Source: Balanoglossus misakiensis
Lineage: Eukaryota; Animalia; Hemichordata
Direction: 5' to 3'
Assembly: GCA_040954595.2 (NCBI GenBank)
Contig: CM082589.2
Span: 11,358,894-11,422,893 of the forward strand
DNA length: 64,000 nt
How positions within the stretch are numbered: the first letter of the stretch is position 1; each line of letters starts with the position of its first letter. The translations under genes and the position numbers were made by a program. This document shows positions 37,253 to 49,400 of this stretch, in pieces. The notes under the pieces are model-generated. The model worked only from the letters and a program-made list of their open reading frames with translations, made no database searches and was not told the origin of the DNA.

Positions 37253-38109
37253 CATGTATTTGTGATATTTTACATGGTTAACCACGCCTTGAGAAAAGTA
37301 ATTATAAGAGAACTTTGTTTCCAAAGTTAGGGGAGAATAATCTAACGGGAGATGGGAGTACCTCAGGCTACTGAGCTCGTTCCCTTCCTCATGTACTTTA
37401 CTGGGCGTATTTGATGTACTATAATAATTCCGGACAATAAATGAACGTAAATCAGATACGTTTCTCCGTGGATCACGGTTCTCGTCAGAGCCCGTTACCT
37501 CATCGCTACAGATTCCCCGATGCATGAACAATCATGAGAAACCAGCGGTAATACAAGTGTCACGATTGAGTTTTAACGATCATAGATCTTGTTTATGATT
37601 ACGTAAGAAGTCATTCACTTATATGGTTTTAGTCCAGTATTGACATTGGTACTTGACCCAGAGTAAACAAGATTGTGTAATTGATACATGTCAGAACGAG
37701 ATAGAGATATCACGCGCTAAGTTCATGTTTAAGAAATATCAAGATGACGTGTTCCTTTTATGACTTAATACTTGACTAACGTATTAATAAGGTGTGGTGA
37801 AATTTGAGATCACACATTTATCACCGGAGATCCGTGATGGGAGTCAACGAGCATGGATCGAGTCGTGTAATTCTTACGTGTGACCAGTAATAAACCAGAA
37901 CTTTGTGTTACTCGGAAAACTTCTTGCAAGTCTCTGTCTACGAAAGGTTTACGATCTGCCGGGTACCTCTCTCGGACTTTATGAATATGTTGGGTGGAGA
38001 AGGAGATGGAGAGAATGTACGCCGTCAGCTTTCGGACGTGGCTGATTCCCCACAGAAGCCGATGAGGTAAACGTCCGGAGGACGACCGGCCGTAACAACA
38101 AACTGCATG

Positions 38110-38430
38110 AATTAAAGTTCAACAATCCTTAGAAGACAGGAACGTCAGAGGTTGAATCTTGATGGGAAAAGGCGAGGTATCGCTGGTTATCATCCGCGTA
38201 CTGATGAAATTGTAGGATGTGGGGACGAATCGGTTTACTATAAAGTGGGGCTATATAAATGGTGAACAACAGAGGGGCAGTGGCACCCCATATACGAGAG
38301 GTGACTGTGAACTTGCAGTGTTTTCGATGATTACAGTTTGATATCTATATTGAAGGTAAGATGTAAACCATGTTAGTACTGTGTCTGAGATGCCAAGGTT
38401 CGATAGTCTACAAAGAAGTATCCCGTGATG
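38110..38430 (-). mobile_element. Degraded L2/CR1 reverse transcriptase fragment
   Basis: 'HGILLCRLSNLGISDTVLTWFTSYL..RYQTV..VYGVP', followed in another frame by 'QFHQYADDN'. Confidence 0.8.
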
Positions 38431-41054
38431 CAAATGTACAACTGAAGAAAAAAGGAATCACAAATCTTAAAACTAAGATGCCGTTAAGAATTAAATTTCG
38501 CGAAAAGGAAGTGACGAAATACGTACATTTTCAGGTGCTCTACAACAAGTAGTCTCCCTATCATCCCTATTGGAGCATGCAGCTAAAATTTACCATGACG
38601 TCATTGATTCTACGCGAACGTTTTTCTAATGGCGATAAACATATTTTGTATAAATTGTGCTCAAACGCCCGTGAATCTCACTCGCAAAAATTCACAAGTG
38701 GCGCATACAACACTAGGAAGAAAATTGTTTAGCAGTCTATAGAGTTTGTGACCTGAGATTTGGAAGTAAAAGTTAAACTTAAAAGTTAAGACAGAAGTGA
38801 TTGAAGAGTAAAGAAACTTTTGAAGTGTTAAGAAAGTTATCGCATTCCTGATGAAAAGAAAAGAAAATACAATACATTCATTGTTTTAAGGAACACAAGG
38901 AAGACAAGTACTATGCAATCAGAGTATGCATGGATCATTCATCTAAAAATATATCTCCGCGTCTTTTGGCGGGTAAAAATAAAATGCTGGAACGGTCTTT
39001 TGGATGGCGGACTATTTGTGTCCTTCTTGTCCTCAGAACGCAAGTGGTCGAGTAGGTTTATTTCATTAAATTCTTATATTCTCAGTTGCTACCATAAATA
39101 CCCAGTGTTCGTGTCGATGTATCTGGACGTCAGCACGATTCCATATAGGTACCTCCCAGTATTAGCCAAGCGAGTTATCCCCATCGATAGAGTTTAATTC
39201 CCCGTTACATTCCCAACACCAATCCTCCCGCGTGACATTGAGGTTGAAGGTATACAAACCTTAGGAATCATGCAACCATCCAGAAAGTGTAATAAATTTT
39301 GAAGCTATGATGTGAGTTTTCAGTTCGTTTCTTGTTTTGATTTGTTGATGTAACATTGTGCGTTTTAAATAAAAGATAAAAAAATGTACAGCAATGACGT
39401 CACAAAATTCACTGGTATTGATAAAGCTATATTATATCATATATTATATGTGTTAAATACTACCGTATCTCATTATTGCAGTATTTCGTGCTTTAACACA
39501 AAATACGCGAATAGGGTTTAATACAAAACTAAATGACACAATTTCTGTTTCTTTGCCAAAATTCTTAATCACAAGATCAACCCATCCTTACGCCTCTACT
39601 CTATTGCTAAGAGAAACCAGCGTCCGTAACATGCATTGTGAAACCCCTCAACAACATGCATGTCAACACTTCATTTTTTCTCCAGCATTGTCAGTTTGGT
39701 ACCCTGACAACTCACGGGGCATCATGGGACAATATTAAAGCTGATTCAGTGTTTATGTGCATAAAACACACGGCGGTGGAAACATTCGTTTTAAATTATT
39801 GTGGACGCGCGCACGCCCTTGTCTGTGTACAGGTACTTGATGCTTGTCTACAGTCACGTGAAACGCTGTTGGTAGTACCCTAGAAGATAGATATCTTTAA
39901 TCAGAACTTTGGTAAGGAAGGTTTGAGAAGTCCATTCTATGTAAAGAAAGTTTAAGAAGTGTGTTACCAAAGGGTGTGGGGGTGGCTGGGGGTCATCAAT
40001 ATATCACTCTGCATCACGTTCACAGAAAAGGTCGCGACACGCCCACAAATTCACTCACGACTTGCGTCACCGGTTACAGGAGTTCGTACAAAAGTGTGGT
40101 TTATGCACATTTACACTGAATCAGTTTTTTTGGCCCATGATGCCCATGGGCCAATACATGCCACGATGCCTCCAGAATGATGATGGCAATGATGGTGATG
40201 ATGATGATTGTGGTGGTGGTGGTGGTGGTGATTGAGCTTTAATTTCCCTTTCTTCCTGTCTAACCACTTCCTCTCTCACCTTCACTTATTCGGTCTCTCC
40301 CCTCCCCTTCTGTCAAAGTCCTCCCCTCATTCCCTTTCCATCCTGACATTCTCATTTCCGCCCTCTTGCTTTTCTTCTCCTTTCTCACATTCCTTTTCTC
40401 ACCTCTCTCCCCCCCTCCGTAACATGTTATGTAATATATAAAGTAAAAAAGTCCAAAGCATGATGTTATCACAGATGACATTTGGAATGTATTATTGTAC
40501 TATCTGGTTTAATTTCAAACATAGTGGAGTTATTTATTGGCCAGTATTTAAGCATGTTTAAAGAAGTCAAACAGCATAATAGGCACATTTCATATCAAAC
40601 AAAATTGACCAAATAAGCTCAAAAGAGGATTTGAACAATTTGTCCCTTTAAGTAATGTTCAATATTGGATTTACACTTGTGAGTGTATGTCATCTCCCTT
40701 TTGTTAGAAACCTCACAGTCATATAATAAACAGGTGACCTGACAATCATTTGAAATACCAAACTTCGGCAGCTATTCCAGTTTGGTCCAAAAACCTAATT
40801 TTAACTGGCACCTCAACTTTAGGACTATTATGGATGTTGCTGAAACTTGAAGTGGGCTGCTTGTGAAGAGGAAGACGTGGAGTGTCTCTCAGACAACGCT
40901 GCGCTCAGTCAGAGATAAAGTCAAAATATGGATTTGACTTGCAACAGTAATTTGTTAGTTAAGTCAAATTCAACTTAAATCTGTCTCTTTGGGTCAGTCT
41001 TAACGGGTGTAGCATGCTGGAAGGGTGTGCTTACCCATTTCCGACACCTAGTAC

Positions 41055-41504
41055 CACAGGGGGCTGCAAACATGAAAGTTATAAATGGTGAAGTACGTTC
41101 CATTCTGCGTTTTCTCAACCTGTCTTATCATTTGCTAATCCAGAATAAAAGCTATCCATTTCCCATTAATCACCTGCTAACGACTTAATCTGTGTGCCCC
41201 ATCCACGGATTAAGTTAATAAAGTAAACATCGGTCAGCGAGTACTGGGTATTCTCTTACCAAGTGAGAACTGACCGATGTTTACTTAATCCACTAAATCC
41301 GTGGATGGGGCACACAGATTAAGTCGTTAGCAGGTGCTTAATGGGAAATGCAATAGTTTGTATTCTGGATTAGCAACTGCTAAGACAGGTGGAGGTAACA
41401 CAGAAAAATAAACAAGCACAAAGACTGTTCATCAATTAATGTTTATTGGGGGAAAATGCAGGAACTCCGCCTTTTATAACTTTCATGTTTGCAGCCCCCC
41501 TGTG
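41055..41504. mobile_element. 450-bp foldback MITE, possibly P-superfamily
   Basis: Termini CACAGGGGGCTGCAAACATGAAAGTTATAAA and its reverse complement. Mostly palindromic interior. Flanks ctagtac/cgagtac resemble a 7-bp TSD. Confidence 0.75.
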
Positions 41505-43143
41505 CGAGTACTACCACTTAGCAGTGGTTCAAGATGATCCTGTTGAAATTGTAAGTTTTTCTCTTATTTCTTTTTTGAACCTGGACCTGGTAATTAGCTT
41601 AGCTTGAGTAATATTGATTATTGGACCTGGTTTGATGTCTTATTATAACAACTACAGAAGAATCTCTGGACACAGTGAAATACACTCCAGGGTTATGGTA
41701 ATGACTGACAAATTGTCAGTTTAAAAAAGTAGACAAAGAACTCAGTTGAATATTATAATAAAAATATGCTTTTAATATAAGGAAAAGGTACAATTGATAT
41801 ACTTGTAATTAAAACATAAATATAATGATGAAATTCTTCAACTGTTCTGTAGTTGCACCAGTATTTGTATAAGCTAAAAATGTTGACTTCTGGCAGGACA
41901 ACTCAAACAGATATTAAACTTATTTATAGTACTTCCACTTCATGACTTTGTTCAAAAATTTCCCAAACTTATTTCATTGTTGATGAGTTGTCACCTCCGA
42001 ACAACACAAAAAGGAACAGTTTGTATAAAAAAGTAATTTTGCATGAATCTTAAACATACATGCACAAGTTGAGTGAATAACACAATATAATCATATTCTA
42101 CAATGAATTACAATATCAAGATTAAGGGTTTCACATATGACATTACATTGCTACATTTTATATACATGAATTTAATTTGAAAAATTTCCATTGATCTATA
42201 ACACCATGAATAATATAAAAATATGCGAATAAATACTTTGAATTATTATATATACATGTCAGGTCTCAAAGTGAGTAACTATATTTCCATTCACCTATGA
42301 ACTGGTTATTAACCAAATGAAATGATAGGATCTTTTATTTTGAGGATCTTATAATTGTGATCATACACATCCATATTCCAAAATTCGCATGCCAAACAAA
42401 TATCAGATTTATACGGCCAGTTGTAAAGACAGTACAAGGGGCAAAAAAATTGATAATAGTTAATCATCATCTCCCTTCTTTTACAGTCTTGGAGAATGGT
42501 GACGGTTGAAGTCAAATTAAAGAAAAATATCAAGAAAAATATCAAAATTTGAAGCACTAATTCAGGAGGATATATATCATCGGGAGGTAGTCACTGAATA
42601 TATTGAGAGAAATAATTCATAATCTATGCATTTGGATGAAAAGACCTTCTATCTGATCAAGTTAAGGATAAATGCTGCCTTGTATGAATACAGAAGCAAG
42701 TCAGCATGCAAAGGGAGAGCTGAATTGGTACACTGTTAAATTTGTCCTCCAAATTCAACAAAAATATGTTGTTGTTTAGGAATTCTCGTATTATCATATC
42801 TTTTTCATTACACAATACCTTATAATAAGTCATAACAAATTTTTAAGGAAAATTCTTTAAAATATGTAAAATATATAGCCTTATAACCAACATACTTTAA
42901 AGATGATTATTTATGATCATTTCATTCAGATGTTGCTAAGAGTGTAATAATAAAGATCTGTTTCACTCCAACCAATTTAATGTGCGCTTATCACAGTACT
43001 GTCGTCTGACAAAGCATAACTATTATTGTTATCATTTATGGGATTATACCAAGCTTATCACAGTACTGTGTCAACTCACAAAATGAAAACCATTCTAGTT
43101 ATCATTTGAATTATACCATACATGTACACACAGAGATGGCACA

Positions 43144-43408
43144 TTAGAAGTATCTGTCTCCGTGACTCTCATGAAATAGTTCATTTCTACTCTTAAGAGG
43201 CCTTGGTCTCCATTCCTCACTTCCACTGGCACTACCACTGTCGCCACTATACATGGGATTGTAGTGATAGATTTCTCTGAAGGCTTCCTCATCTTCCACA
43301 CTTTTCCCTGCCTTGCTATCAACATCATCTGTATCATCAAACCAATGGATATCCATAGTTGCCTCTTGTTCTTCCCAGCCTGGATGTTTCTTTCCTCCAA
43401 GAGCACAC
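43144..43408 (-). CDS. Terminal exon: acidic cytoplasmic tail with YHYNPMY (NPxY)
   Basis: ttcag acceptor, phase 2, stop at 43144. Confidence 0.85.
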
Positions 43409-46400
43409 CTGAATGTCAAATAGTTGAACATCATCAATGTGGGATTTGTTGTGATGTTGTTACTACTGTAGAATAACGCAGGTGGTTGTTGGACACTTTG
43501 CGGTCTGGTCGCGTGACTTTGCCTTGTTAGCCGCCATGCATGTTGAACGCAAATTATACCATGATGCACTGCAGTTACCCTATACGCTAATAGGTCTATG
43601 CATGAACTCTTTGAATAAATTTGCTTCCACGATACAGATGTGATTATTTTTCACGTTGCCTCATGCATGTATGGAAAGATACAGGTAAATTCCCAGTTTT
43701 CTGATGGGCAACATGTCTACAGCTGTCTCGATTCTACTCTGGTAGTACTAAATAACTTACCGTTGGTACATGAGTAACATTATTACACCAAGCACTAACA
43801 CAGCCGCTAAACCTCCCGCAACACCACCAATGATGACAGCTGTGTCAACGGAGGAATCTGTAAGAGTTTAAATATTTCTATTTGTCACGGGGGCGATATG
43901 CTACGATAAAAGCAAGAAAACCATTCATTATGATGCTTAACTATTGTAAAATGGTTAGTTGACCAAAAATCTAGTTATACTGCAGATGTTGCAGTTTCAC
44001 CATTTTCACAAATATTTTCAAGACAACGTAAACTGTAATCATGTAGATCAAACAAATGTGTAAACTTTAGTGAATATTGTTTTTCAATCTTGAGTTATTA
44101 AAAGACAAAGAAATGTATACACACCTTTAACTTGCATTGGTATTCTCTGGCGGCAAGTTTCACCTTGATATTCATCAGTACATTCACAAACAGGATTGCC
44201 ATCACTGTCCTTGATGCAAACAGCATTGTTTGAGCAGAACCCTTCACATTTATCTAGACACAAGAATAAAATCACATCACATTATTCTACCTGACGAACC
44301 ATTTGTATTAGACAAGAACTAAACCCACTTGCAGATTCATTTCTTACAAACGGAATGGAAGTTGTGTGCTGTCGAACATTGATTCACTATATATCCACAT
44401 GTACCGGGTGAATAACATAAACAGTGTCTTGTATCAAACATAATTAATGGAAAAAGGGCAGCAAGAGAGATACTAAATCAACAGTAGTTTCTACGTTTTA
44501 GCTGTACATATTTCTGTTGACATTTCAGTTGTAGATAGTTACATACCTGTACAAGTTATTCCATCACCAGTGAAACCAGTTTTGCAAGTGCATTCATATC
44601 CTGGTACAAGATTCCTGCAAGTGGCATTTGGGTGACAGTCATCCAGACCAAGACGACATTCATGTGCATCTAGAAAACAAAAATTCTTGCAATGTCTTTA
44701 ACTGACCACCAAATAAAACTATGGGATCTTCATACATATCACCAGTTAAAGGTATACGGTCACCTATGGAAAATTAGCTATAGTTACCATGGCAAAAGGA
44801 GATCTAGCCAATCACAGATTTTCAGTGGGTGGCACATGCAAAAAAGAGCGCCACCATATGTTCTTTAGAACTCTCATATACTCCATTTCAGCCATATATG
44901 GGCGTTTGTAAATTGGAGGTGACTGTATACCTTTAAGTTAGATGACTACCCAGATGCAGTGCATGGTTATCACATTCCATAGCCTAACATGTAGAATTCT
45001 GAGAAAACAGTATTACAATATTGTTATTTCCGTGAAATTTTCAGAAAAGGTGTTAAAAGAGGAGCATTATTAAATTATATAAAAATATTGGATCACACAA
45101 CATATCAAATGATACTCTAAATAAAGAAGAAAATTTCTTATAATGAAGTGTTTGTGTCAGATTGAACAGTTAAGGTTGATCTCCACAAGCACTTCATGCA
45201 TGTTATCAGTTCTATGATTATGAAAAATTTATTCCTACCATCACATTCTGTTTCATATAGGGCACCCTCTCTGCCTGTAGTGTAGCCAGTTGGGCATGGT
45301 TGACAAGCATCCTGGTTGAATTCAAAGTTATATGTTCCAACAGGGCATTTCTCACATCTATAGGACTCCTGATTCAAGTACCAACCAACATTGCAGTAAG
45401 CTGTTGATGGAATGGAAAAAGAGCATAGAATAAAATTGGAGGACTATCATTATTTTGAACAACTGAGGCACAATAATACAACCTTCAGTTCAGTACAGTT
45501 GAGATACAACATGAAAAGTTGTATACATAATACTTACAAACATTACAATCTTCACTTAAGGTTGAACCGACTGTTCTTGTGGTGAAGCCAAATGGGCACG
45601 GCATACAAGATGGCTGAAGTTCAGCATTTGATCGATAGGTTCCCATGGGACACGACTCACAAGACCCATTGACACTAAGTTGGACTCCCACTGATTTACA
45701 TACCTCTGTAATTGAGAAGATTAATTTTTTGATATTCACGATTATCTGCTTTTCACTCACGTGAATTTGTTAAACTGTTGAATATGTTACATATCTGGCG
45801 GTTCTAAAGTAAAAACCTACTCGGAAAAAAGTTTACTGGATGCCGAAATATTGCTTGCCTGTCACTTACAAATGATAACGCCATGGGTACGTCACATGGC
45901 CAGATCATGTGATTGATAGTCAAGAATAGCAAATAACACAAGTACCTACCCTGACATTGTGACTCATCAGTAGCTCCTTCAACTAATGTAAGCATTCCCT
46001 TTGGGCAAGTATTACACACAAACTTTCCTTCTTCTGATTGCCAGAATCCAATGGGGCAGCTTTGGCACTGAGAAGTCCCGTTGTCAAAGTAGTGACCAAC
46101 ATCGCACCTCTCTGCAATAGACATCATTGTTGAAAAATTATTTTTTCAACCAAAGAGATGAACATTCCAATTGTCATTCTTTCCATATTGGATCACACCA
46201 CAATAATTTGATATATACGTCACAATTCCCGGCAAGGGGTATGGGGTTTTATCGGGCCAGTGGCATGAGTGAGGCTAGACGCTAGTTTTGGAATACGGCT
46301 AGATACTAGGCTATGGCTGTGGACGAGGAGGAGATATTGCCTTCTGTTATACATACCAAAACACTGCAAGATGGATAATGATCTCTTTCCCCTGGTGACT

Positions 46401-49400
46401 CCATTATTTGGACAGGCATTGCATGCTGTTTGTCCTTCAAGGGGTTGATAATATCCAATTGCACAAGGATGGCACTGACTCAGCTCAGTGTCATGGTACG
46501 ACCCTTCAGGACACAATACTGTGGAAATACAAAATGTTGAAGGCAGATGTATACATTGTTCATGTACTGATCATTATGCATTAATGGTTTAAAACACAAC
46601 TACAATTGTAACACACAGCATTCATTTTGGCCAGTTTTTCACTCTTGTGTCTACAAGTGGGATTGCAGTTGTGTGTGGTTGAATGTTGATTCACTATATA
46701 TCCACATGTAGAATAACATTAACTGTGTCTTCTATCAAACATAATTAATGGAAAAAGGGCAGCGAGAAAGAGACTTTGTCCCTCCTTGGTATGAGCATAT
46801 CAAATCAATTATTTCCTTATATCACCTCTTGGTTGGGTTGTATTTACCACTCACACTTGTCTTTAATTTGTACACTGCGACTCACAACCACACTCGCAGC
46901 AATACGGCCCACCTAACAGGTCATATCAGGCGATATAAACATATTAACATCTACACCTTTTTATAATATTAATTTTGGACACAGTTTTAATCCTTTCACC
47001 ACCATGGTTCAGTCCAAACCAATTGTTTTCTATGGTAAGGTTTGACCTCTATAGAGGAAACTGGGAGTGAAAGGGTTAAAGTACATAACAACTGAGGAGT
47101 ATAGGCACTCACCACATTCTTCTCCAACAAGAACACTACCATTGGAACAGAATATTGTACTTTCAACTTGTAATGTCTCAGCGTCGACCGAATATTCAGC
47201 TGTATCAAAAGGACCATTCTTGACTGCATCTTCAATAACTACAACTGCAGCATCAGCAGAGCTAATGGATAAAACAACAGGCAAAAAATTCTTACATATG
47301 CCACATTACAATACCAACCAGAAGTGTGTACTGTAAACTGAATTGTTTTCACGACAGGAAATTTTCGCGATATTAAAAGAGGCGACTGTTACGTGAGGAC
47401 GAATTTTCGAGTTCTCGTATTTCACTAACTGCATCATTATCTCCAAAAACATTTTACACAACTTTTTATTTTAACGTTTTTTTGACCAGCACATGTTTTG
47501 CAGAAATTTACTGCTCGCGAAAATAACACGTTTTGCAGTATATTTCGAATGCATGAATCTTTAGAATACAGGATGCCGCAACATGAAGGAAGGTGGGCAG
47601 AAATGATGGGGTTGCCAAAAACTGAAAATGTTTGAGTGTTAAGACACAAAATAATTTGTTTTCACTTGCATGAATGGAATATTTTGCAATAATGCAAACA
47701 CCAGCTGTATAGGGAATACAGAGCTGGTCCTCACACAGCCTGGGATCAGTACCCTAGACATGTCACCAAAGTCATTTCAATAGAACAGAAGGGGAATGAA
47801 ATACTCGAAAAATAACAATTACTACTCACGCATTGGTTGTGAAACTGAACTGAACCACAAGCTGAGTATCAGCCTGTCTCTTTCTTCGGTTTGAGGCGCC
47901 GCAGGTTATTTCAAGGTCATCAAAGTTGCATTCACCGCCACAAATACCAAACAAATCATTCAGATAGTTGATAGTGTTCATAAAACTGATCCTCAATTGC
48001 TGGATGACACCATTGTTACATGTACCAGCCTGTGAATTGTATGACACGCCACAATTCACTCCACGTTGAGTCTTCCCAGGAGCTGCAGTAGAACAATACA
48101 AACAAACAAATTTTGTTAAAGATGCAATTTTCAATCTAGCGAACGATGTATTGACTTAGACTGCGAAACCGCTTAGCCAATCAGGAAAGTTACAGCTGCT
48201 TACCCAGAACAAAATATTAAGAAAATAGCTCAAATGTACTGGAGCTTTATATTGGGGTAAGCAGATATGATGTTAACAAATTATCTACCTGTAATCACAA
48301 CCTTGACATACTGTAAAGCAAGAATTTGCATTACTCATATTTCTCTTTTCATTTATAACTAAAAGAAAATTGTCTCAATGCTGGAATACCCCCTCTCACA
48401 ACTCTCTCTCTTTGGAGAATTTTCTGAATGTGCATGTGCAACCTGATTATATTTCTTTACTGATACCAAATCATTTTTTTCTCACCTGAACATCCAGGGA
48501 AGGTGAATTCCTCGTCTGGATTCTCAGGATTAAAAGATCCTTCACTATGGCAGAGATAGTAAGGTGCTGGCAGGCTTGCAAACTTGTATCCTGGTAAACA
48601 ATCCACCTGACAGAACACACCCGACTCAAACTCATTACAGATGGAAATACCTTTAACTGGTGGTGCTGGCTTTTCACAATCAAATGATGTAAAAGAAAGG
48701 AGAACACAGTTTATTTGTCTATATATATATTTTTAATTTTATTTCATCTATCATCCAACAGGCAAATACTACCCAAATGTCTGTGTCTCATATATCATCC
48801 AACAGGCAAATACTACCCAAATGTCCAGGTCTAGGTAACGAACCCACAACCCTAGCCACTAGGGCACAATGCCTCTTTTACCAGGTTCACACAGGGTAAA
48901 ATTTGAGACACTATTTGCCAGTGCTAACCACAGAGCATTAATCCTTTGAGTCATGTTGTGTCCACACACACAAAGTTTATGTATGGGCGCTGAGGCTCGG
49001 CCCCATAGACAATGGGTTGCGGAGAGGTGTTAATCCTTACACCGGCTCAGGTCTGGCTGGCAGAGCCGTCTAAAATCTGAGACGTTTCAGGACCACTTAC
49101 ACCGTCCACACATGTTTTTTTAAGACAGTATCAATTCTGAGATGCTTCAGAACTGTCTTAATGGTGTATGTGTGACACCCATATTTATTACACAGTCAAA
49201 TCTTTTAAACAGAACACCAACACATTAACATGTTTCTATGTAAAAGGGACTAGGAAAAGCTGTTGGTTGAAGAGAGGTTTCCCGATTAGACAGGGTTTGT
49301 TTTAGACGGGTTTGAGTGTCCTTGTATGTTCTGAATGATGTTGTTATAATTTTTGATAGTTACATAGGGACAAAAGTGATAATGATGCAATCATATTACT

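Noticed and set aside
37255-38097. Possible Gypsy solo LTR (TG...GTAACA with internal AATAAA)
   Set aside because: No TSD, PBS, PPT or second LTR found, so it cannot be supported.
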